From the NCBI GenBank assembly GCA_965224705.1, contig OZ245056.1:2080001-2144000 (forward strand): a DNA stretch of 64,000 nt. Reading direction: 5' to 3'. This document shows, piece after piece, positions 8,797 through 18,883 of the stretch. The position numbers and the translations under genes were made by a program. Positions within the stretch are counted from its first letter, which is position 1. Each line of letters begins with the position of its first letter. The notes beneath the pieces were generated by a model. It worked only from the letters and a program-made list of their open reading frames with translations. It ran no database searches and was not told the DNA's origin. Source of the DNA: Spirochaetaceae bacterium (lineage in GTDB: Bacteria; Spirochaetota; Spirochaetia; DSM-2461).

Positions 8797-11700
8797 TTAC
8801 TGCTTGTTCCTATTCTCCCAGATGTCCAGTTCCCTGCTGGTGAGGATGGTACCGCCACCACCCACAGCCACCCACAGCCCATTGGCGTAGCGAGCATCAC
8901 GGAGGTACGCTGTCGTCCCACTGGTCCGTGCCGTCCAGCTGGTGCCATCGGTGCTGGTCAAAAGGGTGCCGTAGGAACCCACAACCACCCACAGGCCATT
9001 GCCGTAGCGAGCTTCATAGAGGTACGCCTCCGTCCCGCTGTCTCGAACCGTCCAGGTGATTCCATCAGGGCTGGTCAGGAGGGTACCGGAGTAACCCGCA
9101 ACCACCCACAGCCCATTGGCGTGGCGCACTTCATAGAGGTTCTGCGCCGTCCCGCTAACCCGCACCGTCCAGGTGATGCCATCAGGGCTGGTCAGGATGG
9201 TACCGGAGTAACCCACAATCACCCACAGCCCATTGGCGTGGCGCGCATCCCAAAGGGTCACCGTTGTCCCGCTGGCCCGCGCCGTCCAGCTGGTGCCATC
9301 GGTGCTGGTCAATATGGTGCCGGAGGAACCCACAGCCACCCACAGCCCATTGGCGTAGCGCGCATCCAAAAGGGTCACCGTTGTCCCGCTAACCCGTTTC
9401 GTCCAGCTGATGCCATCGGTACTGGTCAGGAGGGTACCGGAGTCACCGTTTATTACCCACAGCCCATTGGCGTAGCGCGCATCCAAAAGGGTCACCGTCG
9501 TCCCGCTGGCCCGCGCCGTCCAGCTGGTGCCATCGGTGCTGGTCAATATGGTGCCGGAGTCACCGTTTATTACCCACAGCCCATTGGCGTAGCGAGCATC
9601 ACGGAGGTACGCCGTCGTCCCGCTGACCCGTGCCGTCCATGTGATACCATCGGTGCTGGTCAATATGGTACCGGAGTCACCCACGGCCACCCACAGCCCA
9701 TTGCCGTAGCGCACCTCATAGAGATTCTCAATCGTCAACGGCGTAACAGTCTCCCACTCAACCCCCGCCGGGACCTTGCAGCCGCCCAGCGCAGTCAGAG
9801 ACCCCGCAAGAACCAGACTCATAATCCCGTTTTTCAGAGTGCTCTTCATTTGCATCGCTCCTCCACTAAAGATACCCAATTCCAACGCGTCCGTCTCCCC
9901 CTCTGTTATTGGCCATACGCGAAACTCCCAGTCGCCGTGCAAAACGGAGAGGCCTCGCTCCTGGAGCTGTAGGCCGGTCTGGGCACTCTGGGGGGCGTAG
10001 GGTAATTCCCCCTCTTCGATTGTCGTCACACTGGTGAGAATGGTACCGCCACTACCCACAACCACCCAGAGGCCATTGCCGTGGTACGCATCACGGAGGA
10101 CCTGTGTCGTCCCGCTGGCCCTTGCTGTCCAACTGGTGCCATCATTGCTGGTCAGGATGGTACCGTAGTAACCCACAGCCACCCACAGGCCATCGGCGTA
10201 GAGCGCATCCCAAAGGGTCACCGTTGTCCCGCTGGCCCGCGCCGTCCAGCTGGTACCATCAACACTGGTCAATATGGTGCCGGAGGAACCCACAGCCACC
10301 CACAGCCCATTGGCGTAGCGCGCATCCAAAAGGGTCACCGTTGTCCCGCTGGCCCGCGCCGTCCAGCTGGTACCATCAACACTGGTCAATATGGTGCCGG
10401 AGGAACCCACAGCCACCCACAGCCCATTGGCGTAGCGCGCATCCAAAAGGGTCACCGTTGTCCCGCTGGCCCGCGCCGTCCAGCTGGTACCATCAACACT
10501 GGTCAATATGGTGCCGGAGTAACCCACAATCACCCACAGCCCATTGGCGTAGCGCGCATCCAAAAGGGTCACCGTTGTCCCGCTGGCCCGCGCCGTCCAG
10601 CTGGTACCATCAACACTGGTCAATATGGTGCCGGAGGCACCGGTTACCACCCACAGGCCATCGGCATAGCGCACATCCCAAAGGGTCACCGTTGTCCCGC
10701 TGGCCCGCTGCGTCCAGTCAATCCCATCGGTACTGGTCAGGAGGGTACCGGAGTCACCGTTTATTACCCACAGCCCATTGGCGTAGCGCGCATCCAAAAG
10801 GGTCACCGTCGTCCCGCTGGCCCGCGCCGTCCAGCTGGTGCCATCGGTGCTGGTCAATATGGTGCCGGAGTCACCGTTTATTACCCACAGCCCATTGGCG
10901 TAGCGAGCATCACGGAGGTACGCCGTCGTCCCACTGGTCCGTGCCGTCCAGCTGGTGCCATCAAAGGGCAGGGATATCGGCCCGATCCTGCGCTCACCGA
11001 TCATAAGCGCATCGGCCAGGCCAAGGACGCCCCGACCGACGGCCACCCCGTCATCCAGTGCCATGGAATATCTTTTTGTGCCGTCCTGGTACAACTCCAG
11101 AGCCAGATCGTCGCCCCCCAACCGCATGAGCGGCTCCCAGGAACCCCCGCCCCACCTGGAGACCAACAGCTCATCATTATCCAGGTGGACAATCCTATCC
11201 CCCACCTCAGGCGCCGTCACCGATCCAGCGCCCTTGTAAGAGGTGTATCCAGTTGCCTGGCCGACAGTGAGATTATCCTTGATATTCGCGATAAGCGCGT
11301 TCAGCACGGAGACTTCGATTGTATTGGCCGTAACAGCCCCGGTGGCGATCGACCCCGCCTCCACCAGAGTCGTGACTGCTGAAGCCGAAGACATGTCGGA
11401 GACAAAATTATCAGGAGCCGCACGAGCGATGCGGCGCACCCTATAACAAAGAGTCCTGCCCACAGGATCGCCGTCTTCATCGACAGCAGGAAGAATACCT
11501 GGATGAACCAGCGTATCGCCCTGCCATGCCGTCCACTCATCCGCCGCACCCCTCCAGTCCAGACCGTCCATACGCAGAGAATGCCAGGCCGCGTTGTCAT
11601 CTGACACCTGAAGCTCATAGTGCAGGAAATTTGTCAGGTTTTGTTGTCGATTCATTCGCAAAATGATAGAGCCGTATGCCCCCTCCGCCGTCAGTTCAAC

Positions 11701-14058
11701 AGAATCCGGGATGATGGTTGCCTTTGGCACACCTTCCGGGGCATACTCCCAGCCGTCTGCCAGTTCCCTGTAAGTTGGCCTTTGCGCCGCTGATTTCAAT
11801 GCATTCCTCTTCACTGAGGCCATTTGCCGGTCTACAGGATAGGCAGGAGCTGTTATTGTCTCTTTGGGCAGAATAATACCGGGATCCCAGGGAGGGATTT
11901 CCCCGGAATCTGCATCAAAAATCTCCTGGGCATAAGGAACAAGAACAAGCGTTCCTGCATTGTCACTCTGCTGACTGATCGAGACACACTGCACCTTGAG
12001 TGCCTCCTTGCCCCGCTTGCCAATGATATATTGATTGCCTACTTCAATTTTACCAGCCTCTACCGGCGACTCGAAAGCAGCCTCATAGACAACACCGGAT
12101 TCGGCCAGGCCTGTAACTGGAAAAATCTGAACCCCATCTGATTCACCATTCATGCGAACCATAATCGAGTAACTTTCATCAGATTCCAGATAAACCGGCT
12201 CATCCAGACTCACCCCGGTAGAGTTCCCCCCCTCATCTGCGGCGATGCTCTTCACCTTTCCGCTGGACAGCCCATACAGAAACATATCGCTGGCCAGATA
12301 CCCAACGGCACCGGGGAAGGCCGAAAGATGCTCAAAATCCTGAGGAACCGTTATCTGCATAGTGCGCCGGTTGAGTTTGGCCAGCTCGAAAGCCCCGATC
12401 TTCATCGCCTGCCCAGTGCCGGTGATGCCGATCAAGCTCATTTCATCCGTGTCTTTTCCCGGCTCAACGTCAAAGCTGATGACACCATCGCCATCAATCC
12501 CAATTGTCCGGGACACCTCCTGATACCCGCTGTCTCTGTCAATCCATTTTATCGTGAGCGAATCTGGAACATCTTTGAACTTTCGGGTTAAACTCATGCC
12601 GCCTCTGGTGTTACGGGGAGTCAGTTGAAAATCTATTGACCCACTCTTTTCTTCAGTTCTTACTCCAAAGTGACCGTTATATGCATACAGAACTCCGCGG
12701 CCTGCGGCGGCAATCATCGAAGATATCTGCTCGATGGTATAATCGCCAGACACAACCGCATCGAAAGAGAACCCTTTTGCCGTACAAAACACATGCCAGG
12801 CTTCAAAGTCTTCCCAGATTATTTTACTATCTGGAACGGGATTCTTCCCCACATGCTCATCCGTCAAAAGATAAAGCATGGCGGATGCGGGATTCCGGGT
12901 CGGTCTCTTCAGCCAGCTTATCGGCCCAGTCCCGGAACCGCTATAGTCACGGCAGCTCAAACGGGCCATGACGTTGAACTTATCAACAATGCCGCTGAGC
13001 TGACTCGTCGATTTAATCTTGAGTGACACCATTTTGCATTCAGAAAGGAACCCATCAGATACCGGATCTGTATTGCCGTCAAGATCCTGAATACGGCACG
13101 TTAGAACATCCCAGTATGCAGTATCCAGATAATGCACAGCGTCTCTTCCTTCGGTTATCCGCCGCACCGTGACAGTATAAGAAGCCGGGGACAAAGAAAC
13201 CGAAAAGCGTCTGCGGACATAATCGGCATTCGCCGAAATAGAGTAATTATTATCACTGTTGTAGCCAGTTTCTGCTGAGATTTTAATATTGAACAGGACA
13301 GACGCACTGCCCTCATTGGCATCCTCGTCGTAATGGCGGAGACCCGCCGGGAACGTTATCCCTATCTCGATCTCTGTTGTCCCATCCGGCGTTGTGTGCA
13401 CAGCAGACTCGCCGGACTGCAGCTCAGAACCTATCGTCAGCTCACTGACAAGGCGGGGATACTGGAGCGTTCCGTCTGATAGGACAGCCTCATAATGAGA
13501 AAGAGGGTTGTCGCCGATCTCTGGATCGCTGTATTGCACATCCGAATACCCGAGACAGAAGAGCTGATGGTACCACTGCTCATCAGACTGGTAACTCGTG
13601 TAAGGCGTGCCGCATAAATCAGGTACGTGATAGTGCTCGCCAAAGATCAGAGGTACCCGGCCATTGGGCCTGTAGCGGTTGTTTCCTCCCCGGATGCTGG
13701 CCGCCGGATTGGGACGGTCAATCTCGCTAAACTTCTGTGCCTGCTTCTGCGCCCGTTCCGCTTCCCGCCGAAGCTCCTCGTTTTTTGCAATAGCAACACC
13801 GGCGACAACGCCAGATCCCACGGCAAGGATGCCGCCTATAATGGCAACGGCCGCAACGACGGCAGGAGCAGCTGGAACCGACACAATGGTAACAGATACC
13901 GCTGAGTCCGGGATGTCCTCGATCTTTCCGCAGGGCTTGCCATCGATAAAAATCCTATCCCCTTCCTGTGTGCGAATTTCATCTCTTTTCTGCCAGGCGA
14001 CACAGCCCATCGTCCCGGGAACGTCGATATACCTAACCTTTAACACAGTAGACCCCAT
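8797..14058 (-). CDS. Tail tip / host-specificity protein (lambda J-like) with two C-terminal 8-blade BNR/Asp-box beta-propellers
   Basis: N-terminal J-like motifs (VPLIFGEH, TRNPASAM, LTPRN); 16 repeats of 39 aa (GTILTSTDGTSWTARASGTTVTLLDARYANGLWVAVG) in two blocks of 8. Confidence 0.9.
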   Translation of the reverse strand: MGSTVLKVRYIDVPGTMGCVAWQKRDEIRTQEGDRIFIDGKPCGKIEDIPDSAVSVTIVSVPAAPAVVAAVAIIGGILAVGSGVVAGVAIAKNEELRREAERAQKQAQKFSEIDRPNPAASIRGGNNRYRPNGRVPLIFGEHYHVPDLCGTPYTSYQSDEQWYHQLFCLGYSDVQYSDPEIGDNPLSHYEAVLSDGTLQYPRLVSELTIGSELQSGESAVHTTPDGTTEIEIGITFPAGLRHYDEDANEGSASVLFNIKISAETGYNSDNNYSISANADYVRRRFSVSLSPASYTVTVRRITEGRDAVHYLDTAYWDVLTCRIQDLDGNTDPVSDGFLSECKMVSLKIKSTSQLSGIVDKFNVMARLSCRDYSGSGTGPISWLKRPTRNPASAMLYLLTDEHVGKNPVPDSKIIWEDFEAWHVFCTAKGFSFDAVVSGDYTIEQISSMIAAAGRGVLYAYNGHFGVRTEEKSGSIDFQLTPRNTRGGMSLTRKFKDVPDSLTIKWIDRDSGYQEVSRTIGIDGDGVISFDVEPGKDTDEMSLIGITGTGQAMKIGAFELAKLNRRTMQITVPQDFEHLSAFPGAVGYLASDMFLYGLSSGKVKSIAADEGGNSTGVSLDEPVYLESDESYSIMVRMNGESDGVQIFPVTGLAESGVVYEAAFESPVEAGKIEVGNQYIIGKRGKEALKVQCVSISQQSDNAGTLVLVPYAQEIFDADSGEIPPWDPGIILPKETITAPAYPVDRQMASVKRNALKSAAQRPTYRELADGWEYAPEGVPKATIIPDSVELTAEGAYGSIILRMNRQQNLTNFLHYELQVSDDNAAWHSLRMDGLDWRGAADEWTAWQGDTLVHPGILPAVDEDGDPVGRTLCYRVRRIARAAPDNFVSDMSSASAVTTLVEAGSIATGAVTANTIEVSVLNALIANIKDNLTVGQATGYTSYKGAGSVTAPEVGDRIVHLDNDELLVSRWGGGSWEPLMRLGGDDLALELYQDGTKRYSMALDDGVAVGRGVLGLADALMIGERRIGPISLPFDGTSWTARTSGTTAYLRDARYANGLWVINGDSGTILTSTDGTSWTARASGTTVTLLDARYANGLWVINGDSGTLLTSTDGIDWTQRASGTTVTLWDVRYADGLWVVTGASGTILTSVDGTSWTARASGTTVTLLDARYANGLWVIVGYSGTILTSVDGTSWTARASGTTVTLLDARYANGLWVAVGSSGTILTSVDGTSWTARASGTTVTLLDARYANGLWVAVGSSGTILTSVDGTSWTARASGTTVTLWDALYADGLWVAVGYYGTILTSNDGTSWTARASGTTQVLRDAYHGNGLWVVVGSGGTILTSVTTIEEGELPYAPQSAQTGLQLQERGLSVLHGDWEFRVWPITEGETDALELGIFSGGAMQMKSTLKNGIMSLVLAGSLTALGGCKVPAGVEWETVTPLTIENLYEVRYGNGLWVAVGDSGTILTSTDGITWTARVSGTTAYLRDARYANGLWVINGDSGTILTSTDGTSWTARASGTTVTLLDARYANGLWVINGDSGTLLTSTDGISWTKRVSGTTVTLLDARYANGLWVAVGSSGTILTSTDGTSWTARASGTTVTLWDARHANGLWVIVGYSGTILTSPDGITWTVRVSGTAQNLYEVRHANGLWVVAGYSGTLLTSPDGITWTVRDSGTEAYLYEARYGNGLWVVVGSYGTLLTSTDGTSWTARTSGTTAYLRDARYANGLWVAVGGGGTILTSRELDIWENRNKQ
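8830..10962 (-). repeat. Two coding tandem arrays of 117-bp mosaic repeats (~8830-9730 and ~10040-10962)
   Basis: 117-bp period; 9413-9621 is identical to 10724-10932. Confidence 0.95.
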
Positions 14059-14392
14059 TCACCCGCCCTTTTGCTTTATGCCAAGATAAAGAAACAACCC
14101 CGTCATAAGAGAAATGCCAGAGCAGACCATCAAGATACACGCCAACATGGCCGCGATGGCCCTGCATCGAAAAATAGACCAATGCATAATTTTGCGGAGC
14201 ATCCATCAAGTCCCATTCCGTCAAACGGAATGCCTCTGCTTCCATATCCACCCCCCTATCCAGTTCGGCAAAAAGAGGAAGATGAATATCAACATCAGCC
14301 AGCACAAGGCGGACAAAACCGTAACAATCAAGTCCAGACATATCCCGGCCCCCAAGCTTATAAGGAACCCCCACAAAAGCACTCATGTCCAT
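14033..14392 (-). CDS. NlpC/P60 tail assembly protein (lambda K-like)
   Basis: GVPYKLGGRD..GLDCYG and GHVGVY motifs. Confidence 0.9.
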   Translation of the reverse strand: MDMSAFVGVPYKLGGRDMSGLDCYGFVRLVLADVDIHLPLFAELDRGVDMEAEAFRLTEWDLMDAPQNYALVYFSMQGHRGHVGVYLDGLLWHFSYDGVVSLSWHKAKGRVNGVYCVKG

Positions 14393-14856
14393 ATAGCCGG
14401 AACTTCTCCGCTTATATACTTCTTTTGTGACGCATAATATTCCAGCGGAGAACTCACATCCAGATCTATTACGATATTTGCGGATGCCGACTCTATGGAC
14501 ACGCCTTTGACGCTGTATTCGTATGGACCGTCCAGATAATCGTCTGGAGTATCGGCAAACACCACAACGTTTCTGACAGAAATATCACTTCCAGGAGGGA
14601 GTGACTGCACCAACTCAATATACTCTCTCTGGACACCGGAAATCTTGAGCGACGCCGAACCCGCACTGCCGCCTTTTGTGGGTTTTTGCACCTCCATACC
14701 GACAGGTGAAAATGTCTCGCCACGACTTAAGACAGCCTGAGCATTGCGGCAAAGACGGATTGTTGGATCGATGGAGGCCCCGAATATCTCCACAAGATCG
14801 ACCGCCGCCCTGTCTGTATCTTGCGCGTATAAAGTTCTCCGGTCCTCTGTTTTCAC
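14383..14856 (-). CDS. Tail tip protein (DUF1833 / lambda L-like)
   Basis: Position between distal tail and NlpC genes; IRLCRN, SLKISGV, ADTPD motifs. Confidence 0.7.
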   Translation of the reverse strand: MKTEDRRTLYAQDTDRAAVDLVEIFGASIDPTIRLCRNAQAVLSRGETFSPVGMEVQKPTKGGSAGSASLKISGVQREYIELVQSLPPGSDISVRNVVVFADTPDDYLDGPYEYSVKGVSIESASANIVIDLDVSSPLEYYASQKKYISGEVPAIWT

Positions 14857-15218
14857 GGATCAAGCTCCAGCGTCATCTGGACATGGAAATCCTTCTCACC
14901 AGTCTGCTTGATTGTGTACGCCGAATCTTTCTGCAATTTAATCCTGGCTGTACGATTGGTTCCAGCAACAAAATCATGCCAGACGAATGGAAGGACTCCC
15001 CCGCCCAGGTCGTTGTCCACAAAGTTTCTAAACACGATAATTTGAGAGGCTGTCAGGTGGAGCGTGCCGCTTACAGAATCCGGGCTGACTGTTGATCGCC
15101 GCCGCCTTTTAGACGGCCCAAGCTCCATCTCGCTTTCGATAATGGAAGCGCCCCTTTTCCAGTTCCATGATGTAAGAGAAAAAGACGGCAGCCCATCTGG
15201 CCACATAGCAATGCTCAC
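14853..15218 (-). CDS. Distal/minor tail protein (lambda M-like)
   Basis: WPDGLP...MELGPSKRRRRST...GGVLPFVW motifs. Confidence 0.75.
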   Translation of the reverse strand: MSIAMWPDGLPSFSLTSWNWKRGASIIESEMELGPSKRRRRSTVSPDSVSGTLHLTASQIIVFRNFVDNDLGGGVLPFVWHDFVAGTNRTARIKLQKDSAYTIKQTGEKDFHVQMTLELDP

Positions 15219-18200
15219 GGTCTACCTCTTCGAACGATTCCATACCGCTCCACCATTAATCCGTCGAATTGGCCCTCCTGCCATTGCTCCCGCACGGTAT
15301 GACCGACAAAAACACGGAGCTCTACAGCACCATCTGTGTTTTTTGTTTCTTCCGTCTCCACATTTTCATTCGAGTAAATCGACACATAAACCGGCGATGC
15401 TCCGCCCCCCACTGTAGCCTCCCCGGACCGCACGGAGTCAGCGAACGGGGCCGGAAGAATCATTTCTCCCCGGTGGATATCCGCCTGCATATCCTGCGGG
15501 ATATTCCAGGCTCCAGCGTCAAAAGATGGAGGCTGAGGTCTGGAGGCGACCACTGTGGCAACCTGTATGGCACCCAATGCCGCGGCTAACGGCCCCATGA
15601 CTAACCCCAGAGGCCAGGGTGCTGCTGTAAGTCCTGAGAGTGCGGCCATCGCGGCCTGCGCAATAGCGGCCACCACATTCAGCTCCCAGGCTGAAAGGCT
15701 TGCCTGGTACTTCATTCTGGCCTTTTTTTGTTCGTACCGTTCTTCTATTGCCAGACGCTTAGCCTCGTTCGCTTCATCCTGCTGGAGCTTATCCAGTTCT
15801 ATAGCCTTTTCTGCAGCGGCCTTTTCAATTTCATTTTTCTTCTCGATGTTGGCGGCGTTTTTCGCATCTTTTTCAAGATCGGCCAGCTCCTCTTCAGCCC
15901 TTTTTCTTTCTTTGCTATACCTGTTGACCTTTGCATCTTCCACGAGTCCCAGAGCCTGAAGTTCTGCCTGCATCTGAGCATCAACGGCGGCAATCTGCTG
16001 ATCTGCAATAGCGGAAATCAAATTCCCTATACTGGAAAACAAACTGCCCACCTGGCCGATTGCAGATGCCGCATTATTCGCCCAGTCCTGCCAATCCCAT
16101 TCAGCCAATATTTCTTTCAAGGTTTTGGTTCCAGAGCTGGTTTCTTTAAGCTTTTCTATGAGTTTTCTGTAGTAGCTATTAATGGCTTCAAGGTCCTTTT
16201 TTTGTGCACCATTTGCCTTTGCCCGCGTCACTGCCGCATTCCATTCGGCTCTAATCGCTTCTTCCTGCGTCATGGACAGCTGCTCAAGTTTTGACCTGTA
16301 TTCGTCAGTGCCGATGTTTGCCTCACGTTGGTTAGCAATAAGTGTCCTGTAATAGGTATCGATAGTCTCCAGTGTTTCAGGTGTTGCGCCGACAGCTATG
16401 GCCTGCACAATGGCCTGCTCCTTCATTAGCTCCAGCCGTTCTATTTCATCAGCCTTAAGCAACTTAAGTTTTGCCTTATACTCATCGAGCAGTGCAGCGT
16501 TTTGCTCTGCTTGCTCCTGCTTCTCTTTTGCGGCCTCCTCTTCTGTCCTGGCAGTCTCTTCAGTGAGCCTGGCGGCCTCTCTTTTTTGTTTTGCGGCATC
16601 TGCTGCGGCATCTGCTGCGTCTTTTTCTGCCTGCGCTGTTTTTGCTAACTCCTGCGCCTGCCTTGCCACCTCATCAGCAATCCCCCTATCAATTGCCGCA
16701 ATCTCTGACAGCGTAATCAGATTGTCGTTATGTAAACCAGCCAGAGCGTTGATGCTTTCTTTGCGCTGCACCTCAAGGCCAAGAGACTCCTGTTCAAGAC
16801 CAAGAATATTTTGTATCAGCTTTCTTTTCGCATCCAGGCCTTGCTCATCGCCTTTGTGATAGATAGCTGTCGCCCTCGTCAGAACATTGAGCCGTGTAAG
16901 CTCTTCTGTAGAAATTTGCTTTTCAGTTGCAATCTCGTCCCGACGAAAATCTATTTTTCTCTTTAATGCCGTAATTTCCTGCTCTATAGCGTGAATGCTT
17001 ACCCATTCAATTTCTTCAAGGACTTTTAAAACTTCCTTATTTTGTTCTATTTCGGCCCCTGTCCGTTCCTGCTGCTTTCTGAATAAGGCTTCCTCGGCAA
17101 TAAATGCCCGTAAAGCCTGTTTGGTCTCCAGAATGGCGATCTCTTTACGAGTTTTCAGTAATTCTCGCTCTAAATCTGTCAAACCGGAGATATCGCCCGC
17201 CAATTCTTCTGCAACAGCCTGATACTCGCCGGTTGCCTTTTTTAATTGATCGGTTGCCTCTTTAAGCTCATCGCTACGGTCTCGTGCATCACTCATTTTC
17301 AGTGCTATCCCGGCGACTGCCGCCACGGCCACGCCTATCCATCCACCGGTCAGAAAAGAGGCCGCTAAAGCGGCAATCCCAATAGACAATTCCTTCATCG
17401 CCGGGGACAGGTCTTCGGCCCAGCTCAATAAATCCAGGGCGGCACCCAGGAAATCAGAAACATAGGGCAAAAGCACTGTGCCAAAAGAAGCCCCTACATC
17501 TGCAAGGGACTGCTGCATCGCCTTTGTGCGGTTGGCCACTGAATCACTGGTTTTAGCGGCATCACCAAGCCTGTAGTCATAATCACGCCAATCGCTAATT
17601 GTCTGCCCCAGGGCATTAGAGGATTGTTCTACAATACCAGATAGCACCGCCTCTTGTTTTTCCAGATTATCCATTTCCTGCCAGGTTTTACCCAGTGCCG
17701 CTGCGTATTCTCCCTGGTTGATTATGGCCACATTGAGTCCAACGCCCAGCCGGCGCAAAGCCTCAAACTGCCCGGATAGCCCGGATTGGATTGCCGCGCT
17801 TGTCTCCTCAAAGGATGTGTTAGAAAATGAAGATAAATCGTTGGTTATTCCGACAATTGCCTCGGAAAACCTTGCCGCTTCCGGGGCCGTGTCCCCGAAA
17901 CCTGTGCGGATATCTTGTAGAGTAGCCAGGTACTCCCTTGTGGCCATATCTCCACGGCCAACGGCATCGGTGTATTGTTTAATCCAGACATTGGTAGTTT
18001 TCTCGGCACCCTTGAAGACGACCGAAAATTTATTACCAAGCTCCTGGGCATCTGACCCGAGCCCAACGAGTTTTTTCCCAAGAAGAGCCATTGCTCCTGC
18101 CCCGAGAAATCGAGAGATCATAGCCCCTGTGCTCTTTGCCGTCCCAGTGAGCTTGTGCATCCCTTTACTTGATTCGTTGAGTCCCTTTTTTAGGTTTGCG

Positions 18201-18247
18201 CTGTCGGCTGTAATTCTATAGACAAGCTTTCCAGCTTCAGTTTCCAT
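15215..18247 (-). CDS. Tail tape measure protein
   Basis: 1010 aa, Ala-rich helical; SGQFEALRRLG motif; C-terminal FDAGAWNIPQDMQADIHRGEMIL. Confidence 0.93.
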   Translation of the reverse strand: METEAGKLVYRITADSANLKKGLNESSKGMHKLTGTAKSTGAMISRFLGAGAMALLGKKLVGLGSDAQELGNKFSVVFKGAEKTTNVWIKQYTDAVGRGDMATREYLATLQDIRTGFGDTAPEAARFSEAIVGITNDLSSFSNTSFEETSAAIQSGLSGQFEALRRLGVGLNVAIINQGEYAAALGKTWQEMDNLEKQEAVLSGIVEQSSNALGQTISDWRDYDYRLGDAAKTSDSVANRTKAMQQSLADVGASFGTVLLPYVSDFLGAALDLLSWAEDLSPAMKELSIGIAALAASFLTGGWIGVAVAAVAGIALKMSDARDRSDELKEATDQLKKATGEYQAVAEELAGDISGLTDLERELLKTRKEIAILETKQALRAFIAEEALFRKQQERTGAEIEQNKEVLKVLEEIEWVSIHAIEQEITALKRKIDFRRDEIATEKQISTEELTRLNVLTRATAIYHKGDEQGLDAKRKLIQNILGLEQESLGLEVQRKESINALAGLHNDNLITLSEIAAIDRGIADEVARQAQELAKTAQAEKDAADAAADAAKQKREAARLTEETARTEEEAAKEKQEQAEQNAALLDEYKAKLKLLKADEIERLELMKEQAIVQAIAVGATPETLETIDTYYRTLIANQREANIGTDEYRSKLEQLSMTQEEAIRAEWNAAVTRAKANGAQKKDLEAINSYYRKLIEKLKETSSGTKTLKEILAEWDWQDWANNAASAIGQVGSLFSSIGNLISAIADQQIAAVDAQMQAELQALGLVEDAKVNRYSKERKRAEEELADLEKDAKNAANIEKKNEIEKAAAEKAIELDKLQQDEANEAKRLAIEERYEQKKARMKYQASLSAWELNVVAAIAQAAMAALSGLTAAPWPLGLVMGPLAAALGAIQVATVVASRPQPPSFDAGAWNIPQDMQADIHRGEMILPAPFADSVRSGEATVGGGASPVYVSIYSNENVETEETKNTDGAVELRVFVGHTVREQWQEGQFDGLMVERYGIVRRGRP

Positions 18248-18471
18248 TTGTTTTGATACCTATACCAACACATGACAAATCGATGTAATCATTAGTCTTT
18301 ACCGTTTCTACATCAAAAATCAGCTCCCGTTCTTGTGCAGATAGAAATGGGAGGTAATCCTTAACGTCCAGAAGGTCCATCTCCCTGAAAAAAACTTTCG
18401 GAGTAATGTAACTCCAATGCTTCCCGAGTAGGACAGCCAGTCTAGGGTAGTTTATTGAGTACTTTTTTTTT
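18237..18471 (-). CDS. Tail assembly chaperone extension (gpGT-like) read by -1 frameshift
   Basis: After the G-A9 slippery run the -1 frame is open (KYSINYPRLAVLLGKHWSY...KTNGN*) and stops just inside the tape-measure start; not in the ORF track. Confidence 0.75.
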
Positions 18472-18877
18472 CAGAGCCTTTAATGTCTGATTTCTTCGGA
18501 GCGTCCTTTGCAAGAGAGGCGTTGATGATTGTTTCAAAATCTGCAGCTTCCGCATGTCGCTCCCACCAGTCCAGGTCATATTCATAGCCATTGACAGTTA
18601 AAAGAAGATGCATAATTTCAGACATAGTCTCGCTGTCCCACCGCCCGAACTCCTCGGCTTCCGCAAACAGAGATGCCTTGCGCTCATCCAGCTCCTGGCC
18701 TGTAATCTCCTCGATACCCTTTAGCGACTCGATTCTTTCGCGGAAACGGTTCAGTCTTTCCGCCTGCAAGCGCCTAACAGCGTTGACAACCTTGACGATT
18801 CGGAATGTCTCCCCGCCAATCTGAATTTCAATAACCTCACGGCCAATGGTCTTGTCCAGGTTAATCTTCTGCACCAT
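18452..18877 (-). CDS. Tail assembly chaperone (gpG-like)
   Basis: Between major tail and tape-measure genes; ends in GAA AAA AAA AGT. Confidence 0.8.
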   Translation of the reverse strand: MVQKINLDKTIGREVIEIQIGGETFRIVKVVNAVRRLQAERLNRFRERIESLKGIEEITGQELDERKASLFAEAEEFGRWDSETMSEIMHLLLTVNGYEYDLDWWERHAEAADFETIINASLAKDAPKKSDIKGSEKKSTQ

Positions 18878-18883
18878 TACAAA

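Noticed and set aside
8779..11382. Long plus-strand repeat ORFs (397, 433, 300 aa; also 34630-36582)
   Set aside because: Antisense shadows of the GC-rich 117-bp coding repeats.
8797..14058. Shufflon or invertible tail-fibre switch
   Set aside because: All blade copies are co-oriented; no invertase or inverted cassettes nearby.
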